Shown here in pieces: positions 26,879-35,718 of a stretch of 64,000 nt of DNA (positions are counted from its first letter, which is position 1; every line of letters starts with the position of its first letter). This DNA is from an uncultured Fibrobacteraceae bacterium (GTDB lineage Bacteria > Krumholzibacteriota > Krumholzibacteriia > LZORAL124-64-63), in contig CAYNPY010000006.1 in assembly GCA_964399195.1 (NCBI GenBank), positions 9,621-73,620 on the forward strand. The letters are read 5' to 3'. The notes under the pieces were generated by a model. It worked only from the letters and a program-made list of their open reading frames with translations. It was not told the origin of the DNA and ran no database searches. Both the position numbers and the translations under genes were made by a program.

Positions 26879-27972
26879 CCCATGCGAGCGCACCCGGCGC
26901 CGGCCTGCTCGGCCGCCTGTCCTTCCTGGACCGCTACCTGACGCTGTGGATCTTCGCCGCGATGGCGGCGGGGGTCGCGGCCGGCTCGCTGTTCCCGGGC
27001 TTCGTGGCCTTCATCACGTCGGTGCCCATCGCCGTCGGGCTCATCCTGATGATGTACCCGCCGCTGGCCAAGGTGCGCTACGAGGAGCTGGGCCCGGTCT
27101 TCCGCAACACCCGCGTGCTGGGACTGTCGCTGGTGCAGAACTGGGTCATCGGCCCGGTGCTGATGTTCGCGCTGGCCGTCCTCTTCCTGCGCGGCTACCC
27201 GGAGTACATGGTCGGCCTCATCCTGATCGGGCTGGCGCGCTGCATCGCCATGGTCATCGTCTGGAACGACCTGGCGAAGGGCGACACCGAGTACTGCGCG
27301 GGCCTGGTGGCCTTCAACTCGGTGTTCCAGGTGCTGTTCTACTCCCTTTACGCCTGGGTCTTCATCACCGTGGTGCCGACCTGGCTGGGCCTGCCGGGCG
27401 TGGCCGTCGACATCACGATCGGCGAGATCGCGCAGAGCGTGTTCATCTACCTGGGCATCCCGTTCCTGGCCGGGATCCTGACGCGCTACTCGCTGATCCG
27501 CGCCCGCGGTCGCGACTGGTATCAGGAGCGGTTCATCCCGCGCATCAGCCCGCTGACGCTGCTCGCGCTGCTGTTCACGATCGTCGTGATGTTCTCGCTG
27601 AAGGGCGAGAGCATCGTGGCCCTGCCGCTGGACGTGGTGCGCATCGCGGTCCCGCTGCTGATCTACTTCGTGCTGATGTTCTTCATCTCGTTCTTCCTTT
27701 CGCGGAAGCTGGGCGCGTCCTACGGGCAGACGGCAACGCTGTCGTTCACGGCGGCCTCCAACAACTTCGAACTGGCCATCGCCGTGGCCGTCGCCACCTT
27801 CGGACTGCACCACGGCGCGGCGTTCGCGGCGGTGATCGGGCCGCTGGTGGAAGTGCCGGTGCTCATCGGGCTGGTCAATGTCTCGCTGTGGCTGGGGCGG
27901 CGGTACTTCCCCGGCGATGCCCCCACGATCAAAGCCGTGCGCAACTGCGCCGGGGAAGGCAGGCGGCCGTGA
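26875..27972 (+). CDS. arsB: ACR3 family arsenite efflux transporter
   Basis: [37 protein letters not shown] with the conserved Cys, and 10 TM helices. Confidence 0.95.
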   Translation: MTHASAPGAGLLGRLSFLDRYLTLWIFAAMAAGVAAGSLFPGFVAFITSVPIAVGLILMMYPPLAKVRYEELGPVFRNTRVLGLSLVQNWVIGPVLMFALAVLFLRGYPEYMVGLILIGLARCIAMVIVWNDLAKGDTEYCAGLVAFNSVFQVLFYSLYAWVFITVVPTWLGLPGVAVDITIGEIAQSVFIYLGIPFLAGILTRYSLIRARGRDWYQERFIPRISPLTLLALLFTIVVMFSLKGESIVALPLDVVRIAVPLLIYFVLMFFISFFLSRKLGASYGQTATLSFTAASNNFELAIAVAVATFGLHHGAAFAAVIGPLVEVPVLIGLVNVSLWLGRRYFPGDAPTIKAVRNCAGEGRRP

Positions 27973-28487
27973 CGAAACGCGGTCCGGACGGTGATGGCGG
28001 CGGCGCGGCGGGCGCGGAGCCGTCCTGGGTGGCCGAAGCGGTGGCCTGCCGGGCCCAGGACCGGCGCGGCTACCTGTTCCTGTGCGTGGCCAACTCGGCG
28101 CGCAGCCAGCTGGCCGAGGCCATCGCGCGCTCGCTGGCGCCGGCGCACGTGCGCGTGATGTCGGCCGGCTCGCAGCCGACGCGGGTGCGGCCGGAGGCCA
28201 TCGCCGTGCTGGCCGAGATCGGCATCGACGCGGGCGGGCAGCGCTCGAAGAACGTCGCCGAGATCGACCCGGCCCTGGTCGACACTGTCATCACGTTGTG
28301 CGGCGAGGAGGAATGCCCCGTGTTCCTGGGGGCGGCGCTCCGGCTGCACTGGGGGCTGCCGGACCCGGCTGCGGTGAGCGGCGACGAGACGGCGCGCCTG
28401 GACGCCTTCCGCGGCGTGCGCGACGAATTGCGGCGCCGGCTGGCGGTGGTGTTCGGCGGGGCGCGAACGGGGACGGGCGCGGACTAG
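27969..28487 (+). CDS. arsC: arsenate reductase, LMW-PTPase type
   Basis: GTG overlaps the acr3 stop (GTGA). P-loop [12 protein letters not shown] (C-X5-R-S). Confidence 0.85.
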   Translation: MTKRGPDGDGGGAAGAEPSWVAEAVACRAQDRRGYLFLCVANSARSQLAEAIARSLAPAHVRVMSAGSQPTRVRPEAIAVLAEIGIDAGGQRSKNVAEIDPALVDTVITLCGEEECPVFLGAALRLHWGLPDPAAVSGDETARLDAFRGVRDELRRRLAVVFGGARTGTGAD

Positions 28488-29503
28488 CGGGCGCGTCGGG
28501 ACAGGGCGGGGATGCGGTCGGCCGGGGCGGGCGCGGGCGCGGACTTGACCGCCGCCGCTCCCGACAACTCGAACGGCCGGGAGCCTCCGACCAGATCGAC
28601 CGGCGGCTCGGCGCCCATCACTTCGAAGAAGGTGGCCAGGAACCGGCGCGTCAGCTCGGTCCGGCGCAGCCGGGGCGACACCAGCATCGTGCGCGGCCGC
28701 TGGTGGCCGAATCCGGGCACGCGGTGCTCTCGCAGCCGCCCGCTCTCCAGTTCCCGCGACGCCAGTTCGCGCGACACGAACCCCAGGCCGTGCCCGGCCA
28801 CGATCTGCCGCAGGACGCCGCCCAGGTCGTCGTAGTAGCAGAGGTTCGTGAACTCGTCGATGCCGCGGCCGAGCTGCTTCAGACGGCGCTTCAGGAAGCG
28901 GTAGGCGCACCCGTTGTACGTCTTGAGGAACAGGCGCCGGGGCACCAGGTCGTCGATGGCCACCGCCGGCGCGACGATCCCCAGCGACGGCGCGCTGACG
29001 AAGACCATCTCGTCCGGCGGCAGCTCCCAGCGCGGGCAGTCGGCCAGATCCAGCTCGTCGCAGTGCTCGACCACCGCCAGGTCGTAGCGGCCGGCGGCCA
29101 GCCCCTCGAGCACGTCCTCGGGCATCTCGAAAACGACATTGAGATCGAAATTCAATCCCGAGCCGCCGACGTAGCGCTCGAAGATGTCCGGCAGCCGGCC
29201 CGCGCCGAAGCAGGGCGTGCAGCAGAACGAGACGCGGTCGCGCAGCTTGTGCGCGGCCACGTTGTCCTCGAGCTGGCGCTCGATCTCCAGGATCTCCCGA
29301 GCCTTGTCCACCAGCAGCCGCCCGGCCGGCGTGGCGGCGACGCTCTCGGAGCCCCGCTCCAGCAGCGGCAGCCCGTAGTACTCCTCCAGCTGCCGGATCC
29401 GCCGCGAGACGGCTGACTGCGTCACGCACAGGCGCGCGGCCGCGGCGGTGAAGCTGCCGGCGTCGTGGACGGCGACCAGGGTGCGCAGGAGGACCAGTTC
29501 CAT
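28484..29503 (-). CDS. LysR family transcriptional regulator
   Basis: [44 protein letters not shown] forms the HTH, followed by a LysR substrate-binding domain. The gene is divergent from the extH-like gene. Confidence 0.9.
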   Translation of the reverse strand: MELVLLRTLVAVHDAGSFTAAAARLCVTQSAVSRRIRQLEEYYGLPLLERGSESVAATPAGRLLVDKAREILEIERQLEDNVAAHKLRDRVSFCCTPCFGAGRLPDIFERYVGGSGLNFDLNVVFEMPEDVLEGLAAGRYDLAVVEHCDELDLADCPRWELPPDEMVFVSAPSLGIVAPAVAIDDLVPRRLFLKTYNGCAYRFLKRRLKQLGRGIDEFTNLCYYDDLGGVLRQIVAGHGLGFVSRELASRELESGRLREHRVPGFGHQRPRTMLVSPRLRRTELTRRFLATFFEVMGAEPPVDLVGGSRPFELSGAAAVKSAPAPAPADRIPALSRRAR

Positions 29504-29575
29504 GCGCGCGAAGATAGCCGGGCCGCGGGCGGTTGTCCATGCGCGCCGCGCATGAGCGCCATGAGGAGCCGTCGT

Positions 29576-29628
29576 TTGACTTGCCCCCGCGGCAAACTAC
29601 CATCGCGCAACGGGTTCTGACGCAGAAC
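29576..29628 (+). promoter_or_regulatory. candidate promoter and two T-N11-A dyads in the LysR/extH divergent region
   Basis: TTGACT (29576-29581), 16 nt, TACCAT (29598-29603). Dyad 1: TTGCC-N5-GGCAA (29581-29595). Dyad 2: the perfect palindrome GTTCTG-ACG-CAGAAC (29614-29628). Confidence 0.4.
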
Positions 29629-29663
29629 GCGCCCCGGGAACCGGCTGAAACAGGGAGGCTCAC

Positions 29664-30923
29664 ATGCTGCAGCTGCTTGCGACGCGACGCAGGATGCTCG
29701 CGGGCCTGATCGCCGTGCTGGCGATCGGCTCGCTGGGCATCTGGGGATGCGCCGATCATCCGACCGAGTACGACAATCCCAACGACGGGATCGTCACGAC
29801 GAAGACGCCCACGGCGCTCATCGAGGCCGCGACGCTGATGGAGTGGATCGACGAGGGACGCCTCAACAGCACCGATCCGGACAGCCGCGACAAGGTCGTC
29901 GTCATCACCGTGACGACGGCCGCGGCCTACGCCGCCGGGCACATCCCCGGCTCCCAGCTGTGGAACTACGACACCGAGCTCTACCAGACGCGCCTCGAGG
30001 GCGTGGCTGCCGGATCCACGATGGTCGTGAGCGGCCCGGCGCTCGATACCTTCCTGAGCCGCGCCGGCATCGACGAGCACACGACTGTCGTCTTCACGGC
30101 CAGCACGACCGGCGGCGCGCGCGACCTGCGCGAGGCCACCCGCGGTTGGTGGACGCTGCGCTACTGGGGCTTCCCCAAGGAGCGGATCAAGGTCCTGCAA
30201 GGCGGCGACGCGGGCTGGACCGCGATCGAGGGCAACACCCTCGTGACCGAGGTCCCGACGATCACCCCGTCCGACTTCAGCATCCGTGACCTGGCCGCCA
30301 CCAGCGAGTTCCGCGGCGACCTGCGCACGTCGATCGGCGAGATGATCCGGGCCGTCGACGCCGTCAACAGCGGCGCGACGCCCGACGTCAAGTTCCTGGA
30401 CGTGCGCGGCGGCTCGCCGCTGCCTACCAGCAAGATGGGGCCGGCGCAGCTCGATTCCTGGAACCTCTACTACGTAGCCGGCACCTCCGGCACGCTGCTG
30501 CCGCTCGAGGATCTCGTGGCGCGCCTGGCCACCTTCGGCGTCACGGAAGCCACGCCGCTGACCTACGTCAACTGCCAGGGCGGCGTGAAGTGCACGATCC
30601 CGTTCTTCGTCCTCGACGGCATGCTCGGCTGGCCGGTGCAGTCGTACAACGGCTCGTGGGGCCAGTGGAGCGCCTACGGCACCGACACCATCGCGGACGC
30701 CTGGGAGACCGACCTCGTCACGCCCGGTACGACGACGTCGCGCAGCACGGGCACCTGGACGCCCGGCTCCGTGGCCATCGACCCGGTGGCGAACGCCGCC
30801 TACGGCCTCTCGGACCCGCGCGCCAACCAGATCGAGAACGAGGACGCGGCCTACTTCTCCAGCGGCGGCACGACGACCCCGCCCCCCGGCGGCGGCGGTG
30901 GCGGCGGCGGCAGCGGTTGCTGA
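29664..30923 (+). CDS. extH: rhodanese-domain lipoprotein, ExtH-like, with a C-terminal G8-S-G-C tail
   Basis: Lipobox LGIWGC. Two rhodanese-like repeats. Active-site loop YVNCQGGVKCT. The protein ends ...TTTPPPGGGGGGGGSGC. An ExtI-like porin follows. Confidence 0.7.
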   Translation: MLQLLATRRRMLAGLIAVLAIGSLGIWGCADHPTEYDNPNDGIVTTKTPTALIEAATLMEWIDEGRLNSTDPDSRDKVVVITVTTAAAYAAGHIPGSQLWNYDTELYQTRLEGVAAGSTMVVSGPALDTFLSRAGIDEHTTVVFTASTTGGARDLREATRGWWTLRYWGFPKERIKVLQGGDAGWTAIEGNTLVTEVPTITPSDFSIRDLAATSEFRGDLRTSIGEMIRAVDAVNSGATPDVKFLDVRGGSPLPTSKMGPAQLDSWNLYYVAGTSGTLLPLEDLVARLATFGVTEATPLTYVNCQGGVKCTIPFFVLDGMLGWPVQSYNGSWGQWSAYGTDTIADAWETDLVTPGTTTSRSTGTWTPGSVAIDPVANAAYGLSDPRANQIENEDAAYFSSGGTTTPPPGGGGGGGGSGC

Positions 30924-30941
30924 CGCGAACGGAATCTCCCT

Positions 30942-30960
30942 CCGCCCCTGCGCGGGGCGG
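30942..30960 (+). other. short intercistronic hairpin between the extH-like and extI-like genes
   Basis: CCGCCCC-TGCGC-GGGGCGG (7-bp stem), about 20 nt upstream of the AAGGAG RBS of the porin gene. Confidence 0.3.
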
Positions 30961-30990
30961 TCACGAAACCAGCTTAAGGAGAAGTGACCC

Positions 30991-32193
30991 ATGAATCGAA
31001 CCAGGAGCATCTTCGCGATCGCGGCCGTCGCCGCCCTGGTCGCGCTGGCGGCCCCGGCCCTGGCCGGACCCCAGTTCACCTTCGGCGACGACGACAAGGG
31101 ATCGTTCCAGATCGACGTCAAGAGCCAGTTCCAGATGACCATGCGCGACTACGACGTCGACAACGACGACGACGAGTCCGCCATGAACTTCAACTTCCGC
31201 CGCAACCGGCTGGCCTTCATGGGCGCCTGGGGCGAGAAGCTGAGCCTGTACGCGCAGACCGAATATGCCGAGGACGTGAACCTGGGCCTGTTCAGCCTGG
31301 CGGACGCGGACCAGGGCTCGGAGTTCCAGATGCTGGACGCCGTCGCCCGCATCGACCTCAGCGACGCGTTCAAGCTGAACGTGGGCAAGTTCAAGTACAA
31401 CCTGTCGCGCGAGAACCTGGAAGCCTGCGAGGATCCGCTGTCGCTGGACCGCTCGTTGTTCATCCGGGCTCCGCTGGTCACCACCCGCGACATGGGCGTC
31501 GCGATGTGGGGCAACCTGGCCGAGGGCAGGTTCCAGTACCGCCTGGACATGATGGAGGGCCGCAAGGCCGTCTCCGCGCTCGCGGCGCCGGCGAACAACT
31601 TCCGCTACAGCGCGCGGGCGCACCTGTCGCTGGGGGACTCGGAGACGGGTTACGGCTACAAGGGCACCTACCTGGGCCAGAAGAAGGTCATGACGATCGG
31701 CGCCGCGGTGCAGACCGAGCCCGAGGTCGTGTACCAGGACGTGCTGAACCGGACCGGCAAGCTGGACTACAACGCCTACACGGTGGACTTCTTCTACGAG
31801 CGCCCGGTGCAGGAGACCGGCGCCGTGACGCTGTCGGCCGCTTACGAGAACATCGACTTCGACGACGCCTACCTGGCCATGAATCCCGATCCGGGCGCGT
31901 GCGGCCTGAACGGCCAGAAGAACGGCTGGTACGCCAAGGCGGGCTACATGCTGCACACGCGTCCGCTGCAGTTCTTCGCGCGCTACGAGTCGTGGAAGTT
32001 CGCGTTGCTGAACAACGTCTACAACCAGCAGATCGACTGGCTGAGCTTCGGCGCGAACTACTTCATGATGGACAACGTGCTGAAGCTGACGGTCGAGTAC
32101 AGCGGCATGAGCTTCGACCAGAAGGGCGAGTTCGACGGGCTGACCACGAACGACAGCGGCACGCTGATCACGCAGTTGCAGATGGTGTTCTAG
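30991..32193 (+). CDS. extI: outer-membrane porin, ExtI-like (phosphate-selective porin O/P-like barrel)
   Basis: AAGGAG RBS and signal peptide. NFNFRRNRLAFMG, KLNVGKFKYNLSRE, and terminal ...ITQLQMVF. Confidence 0.65.
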   Translation: MNRTRSIFAIAAVAALVALAAPALAGPQFTFGDDDKGSFQIDVKSQFQMTMRDYDVDNDDDESAMNFNFRRNRLAFMGAWGEKLSLYAQTEYAEDVNLGLFSLADADQGSEFQMLDAVARIDLSDAFKLNVGKFKYNLSRENLEACEDPLSLDRSLFIRAPLVTTRDMGVAMWGNLAEGRFQYRLDMMEGRKAVSALAAPANNFRYSARAHLSLGDSETGYGYKGTYLGQKKVMTIGAAVQTEPEVVYQDVLNRTGKLDYNAYTVDFFYERPVQETGAVTLSAAYENIDFDDAYLAMNPDPGACGLNGQKNGWYAKAGYMLHTRPLQFFARYESWKFALLNNVYNQQIDWLSFGANYFMMDNVLKLTVEYSGMSFDQKGEFDGLTTNDSGTLITQLQMVF

Positions 32194-32215
32194 GCACCGG
32201 ATTCGTCGCTGAACC

Positions 32216-32247
32216 GGCCGGCGGGCTCCTGCGGGGGCCCGCCGGCC
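32216..32247. terminator. bidirectional hairpin between the convergent ext-like units
   Basis: GGCCGGCGGGC-(10 nt)-GCCCGCCGGCC (11-bp perfect stem), followed by TCATCTT. Confidence 0.6.
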
Positions 32248-32278
32248 TCATCTTGCGTCCCGAGGCGTCGCCGGCCCG

Positions 32279-33124
32279 TCAGCGGCCGGTCGCCGCCGGG
32301 ACCGGCGCCGCGGGCGGCGTGACGGCGCGCAGCACGGCGTCGAGTTCGTCCGGCTCGAACTTGACCGGCAGCATGGTCGCCTGCGGCCGCGCGGCGCGCG
32401 GGTTGCGCAGCCAGCGCTCCAGCCGGGCCCGGTTCCAGGCGCTGTCGGCGGCCGCAGGATGAAAGGCGCCGGTCAGCCCCGAGAGATCAGGGCCGTCGCC
32501 GCCGGTCCCCTGCGGACCGTCGGGCGTCAGGGCCTGGTGGCAGCCGCCGCACAGGCGGGCGAAGGTGCGCAGGCTGTCGTCGCTGCCGGCGCGGAACCGC
32601 ACCTGATAGCGGGGCGAGCCGCCGAAGCGGTCCGCGTCGCGCAGCAGGACCGCGGCCAGCGTGTCGGCGGACAGCACGCCGAGGCCGAACGCCGGCATGG
32701 CCGCCGCGGGGTTGACCAGCGCCTCGCGCAGTTCCTGCTGCGTGCGCGGCCAGGCCACGGTGTCCAGGTCGATGGCCAGCCGCTCCCCCCGCCCCCCGGT
32801 CACGTGGCAGCGGCGGCAGCCCAGGCTGTCGCGCAGCGCCGCGGCCCGCGGCAGCACCGGCGATCCGGGCAGCGCCCATGCCGCCGCCGCGCCGGTCAGC
32901 AGCCGGTGATGGGCCAGGTCCGGCCGCGCGGCGCGCGCGTCGCCGCGGTGGCAGTCGACGCAGCCGCCGTGGCGCGCGTAGTGCGGCGCGTGGCACTGCA
33001 GGCAGGCTGGAGCGGCGGGCGCGGGCGCCGGGGCCGCGGGCGCGCCGCCCGGCGCGGCGACGGGCCCCGACACCAGCAGCGCCGCCGCTGCCAGCGTCGT
33101 CAGAACGGACCGCGCAGCTGCCAA
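32279..33124 (-). CDS. tetraheme c-type cytochrome (ExtS-position)
   Basis: Four CxxCH motifs (CLQCH, CVDCH, CRRCH, CGGCH) and a signal-like N-terminus. It is the last gene of the operon. Confidence 0.8.
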   Translation of the reverse strand: MAAARSVLTTLAAAALLVSGPVAAPGGAPAAPAPAPAAPACLQCHAPHYARHGGCVDCHRGDARAARPDLAHHRLLTGAAAAWALPGSPVLPRAAALRDSLGCRRCHVTGGRGERLAIDLDTVAWPRTQQELREALVNPAAAMPAFGLGVLSADTLAAVLLRDADRFGGSPRYQVRFRAGSDDSLRTFARLCGGCHQALTPDGPQGTGGDGPDLSGLTGAFHPAAADSAWNRARLERWLRNPRAARPQATMLPVKFEPDELDAVLRAVTPPAAPVPAATGR

Positions 33125-33546
33125 TTCTCACCCCGCAGGAAGAGCCCGACGGCGGTCAGGAGAACCACCAGCGCGAACAGCGCGACGGCGACGGCGCCCA
33201 CCACGCGCTCGCCCGGTTGGAACCACGCCGCGCGCTCGCCGGTCCCGCGCCGCAGCCAGGGCAGCGCCACCATCAGGCCGGCCAGCGCCAGCACGCCGTA
33301 CATCCAGCCGGTGCCGCGGCTGACCAGTTCCTGGATCCAGAGCAGGAACCAGGCGGACTTGGCCGGATTGGGCGGCCGCATCGGGTCGGCGATCGTTTCC
33401 AGCGGCGCCGGCACCAGCCAAGCGGCCACGAGCAGAAAGGCGGCGATGACCAGCAGCCCGCGCCGGATCAGGCGGAAGAAGTGCGGCGAACTGGGGAGCT
33501 TGTCGCTCGTCGGGATCTTGTCGTCCATGTTGATCTGGTCGCTCAT
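33100..33546 (-). CDS. cytochrome b C-terminal-domain / subunit IV-like membrane protein (ExtQ-position)
   Basis: Three TM helices. PPNPAKSAWFLLWIQELV corresponds to the P-x-x-x-KPEWYFL segment of split cytochrome b. Confidence 0.7.
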   Translation of the reverse strand: MSDQINMDDKIPTSDKLPSSPHFFRLIRRGLLVIAAFLLVAAWLVPAPLETIADPMRPPNPAKSAWFLLWIQELVSRGTGWMYGVLALAGLMVALPWLRRGTGERAAWFQPGERVVGAVAVALFALVVLLTAVGLFLRGENWQLRGPF

Positions 33547-34163
33547 AGGTACGGCAGCACCCCCTTGCTGCGCCGGATGCGGAAGAAGTGCAGGCAGATC
33601 AGCGCCAGCATCAGCGTGGGCAGCACGGCGATGTGCAACGCGTAGAAGCGCAGCAGCGACAGCGGTCCACCGATATGGTCGGGCACGAGCAGCGCCCGCA
33701 ACTGCTCGCCCAGCGGCAGCACCCGCAGCAGCTCCATGCCGGTGGTCGTGGCCCAGTAGGCCAGCTGGTCCATCGGCAGCAGGTAGCCTGTGTAGGCGGC
33801 GCCGACGGCCACAAGCAGGATCAGCACGCCCACGACCCAGGTCCCGTGGCGCGGATGCCGGTAGGCGCCCGTGAGCACGACGCGCAGCGTGTGCAGCATG
33901 ATGAGCACCAGCAGCGTGTGCGAGCAGAAGCGGTGCAGGGAGCGCAAGTAGCGGCCGCCCCAGACCGAGGTTTCCAGGAACTGGATCGATTCGAAGGCGC
34001 CGGTCGGCGACGGCCGGTAGTAGAACAACAGCAGCAGCCCGGTCACGATCAGCGTCAGGAAGGTGGTGAACGCCAGCCCGCCCAGGCAGAACGTGTAGGT
34101 GATGCGCAAGTTGCGGCGCAGCACGAAGCGCGGGAACAGGTGGCGGACGAACTCGCCGATCAT
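33543..34163 (-). CDS. cytochrome b (b6-type N-terminal domain, dihaem) (ExtP-position)
   Basis: Four TM helices. H-x13-H in helix B ([16 protein letters not shown]) and H-x14-H in helix D ([17 protein letters not shown]). Confidence 0.9.
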   Translation of the reverse strand: MIGEFVRHLFPRFVLRRNLRITYTFCLGGLAFTTFLTLIVTGLLLLFYYRPSPTGAFESIQFLETSVWGGRYLRSLHRFCSHTLLVLIMLHTLRVVLTGAYRHPRHGTWVVGVLILLVAVGAAYTGYLLPMDQLAYWATTTGMELLRVLPLGEQLRALLVPDHIGGPLSLLRFYALHIAVLPTLMLALICLHFFRIRRSKGVLPYL

Positions 34164-34567
34164 GTCGCCTCCGGCAGGCGGACGGTCACGCGGTCGCCGT
34201 CCCGGCGGCAGTCCAGTTCACGGAGCGCGCGCGTGGCCGGCCCGGTGAGCACCGCCCCGTCGGGGTCGAAGCGGCTGCCGTGGCACGGGCAGGTGAAGCC
34301 GTTCTCGGTGGCGTTGACACGGCAACCGAGATGGGTGCAGGTCAGGTCCAGCGCGCGCAGTCCGCCGTCGCGCGCGCGCGTGACGGCCAACCCGTGCTCC
34401 GGCAGCACCAACGCGCCGCCCTGCGGCACCTCGGCCGCGGGCAGCGCGACCTCGCGCGGCAGGCTGGCGCGCACGGGCGTCAGGTAGCGCCAGCAGCCCA
34501 CCAACCCCGCGACCGCGGGAATCAGGGTCGCGAGGAATCGGCGTCGGGTCTGACCAAGTCCTGCCAT
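34160..34567 (-). CDS. Rieske [2Fe-2S] protein with a Tat signal (ExtO-position)
   Basis: TRRRFL twin-arginine motif. CTHLGC...CPCHGS cluster ligands. Confidence 0.9.
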   Translation of the reverse strand: MAGLGQTRRRFLATLIPAVAGLVGCWRYLTPVRASLPREVALPAAEVPQGGALVLPEHGLAVTRARDGGLRALDLTCTHLGCRVNATENGFTCPCHGSRFDPDGAVLTGPATRALRELDCRRDGDRVTVRLPEAT

Positions 34568-35718
34568 TGCCTCAGGTGCTCCCGCACGTATTCGGGCGTG
34601 CGTCGGTTCATCAGGTCGTGGCGTTCCCTGGTGAAGAATGCGCCATTGACGACGCGCTGGCCAGTCTGGTCCCACCAGGAATCCAGAGGCAGGCCGTCGC
34701 GCCGCAGGTCGTAGATCCGGTCGGCAGGCGGCTCCAGCAGGTACCGCCGCGGGTTCTCGTGGCAGCCGCCGCAGGTGACCGTGCCGCGCCGCACGGTGTG
34801 CGGGAAGAACGCCTTCCACTCGGCCGCGAGCAGGCGGTTCTCCCAGCCGCGCGCCGGATCCGTGGCCAGAAGCACGAACTGAGGCCGGATCGGCGACGCC
34901 AGCCCTCGCGCGTTCAGGCCCAGCGGCGGCGCATCCTGCCGCCGCAGCGCGGCGCTGCGCCGCCAGCCCCCCTGCAGCGGCAGGCCGGCGAACGCGGTGT
35001 CCTGCGCGGCAGTCACGGTCCTGACCAGGAAGGTGCCGTACTCCTGCGCCGCCCAGGCCGAATGGCACGTCCAGCACTCCATCTTGTCCAGATGCGCGGC
35101 GATCGCGTGCTCGGGCACGTCGCGCGACGGCGAGGGGTGGCATTCGCGGCAGGTCCGCGCGGCGCCGCGGCCGGCGCCCGTGTGCACGCGATGGCAATCC
35201 ACGCAGCCCAGTCCGCGTTCGTGGTGCACGTCGGGCAGCATCTTGAGGTAGTTCAGGCCGTCCGCGACCGGGCCGCGCTGGTAGCGCTCGTGGTCCTCGC
35301 GCGGGGCGCGCCCGTGGTACTCCCAGCCCGTGAAGTAGCCCTGGTGGCAGCGCAGGCAGGCCTCGTCGGCGACGCGCGGGGCCGCGCGTCCAGGGACCGC
35401 GTGCGGCTGCTCGTCATGGCAGTCGCGGCAGCCGGTCACGTGGCAGCCGACGCAGGCGGCCTTGAAGAACGCCGGCCCCTCCTTTGGGCCGAAGGCGCGG
35501 CAGGCGAATTCGCGTTCGGCCGTGCGCGTCGCCATGGGTCCGGCCAGCACATCGCCCTGCGCGGGGTGGCAGGTCAGGCAGGAGTAGTCCTGCGGGAGGG
35601 CGCGTGCCGCCGCGGCGGCGCCGCTGCCGGGCGTCGCCGGAGCCCCGCACGGGGCGGCGGGCGCGGCCTCAGCGGCCAGCAGCCAGCAGGCGGCGATGCA
35701 GACTGTCGTCCAGCGCAT
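34522..35718 (-). CDS. octaheme c-type cytochrome
   Basis: Signal peptide [18 protein letters not shown]. Eight CxxCH motifs (CLTCH, CVGCH, CRDCH, CLRCH, CVDCH, CRECH, CWTCH, CGGCH). Confidence 0.85.
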   Translation of the reverse strand: MRWTTVCIAACWLLAAEAAPAAPCGAPATPGSGAAAAARALPQDYSCLTCHPAQGDVLAGPMATRTAEREFACRAFGPKEGPAFFKAACVGCHVTGCRDCHDEQPHAVPGRAAPRVADEACLRCHQGYFTGWEYHGRAPREDHERYQRGPVADGLNYLKMLPDVHHERGLGCVDCHRVHTGAGRGAARTCRECHPSPSRDVPEHAIAAHLDKMECWTCHSAWAAQEYGTFLVRTVTAAQDTAFAGLPLQGGWRRSAALRRQDAPPLGLNARGLASPIRPQFVLLATDPARGWENRLLAAEWKAFFPHTVRRGTVTCGGCHENPRRYLLEPPADRIYDLRRDGLPLDSWWDQTGQRVVNGAFFTRERHDLMNRRTPEYVREHLRQWQDLVRPDADSSRP

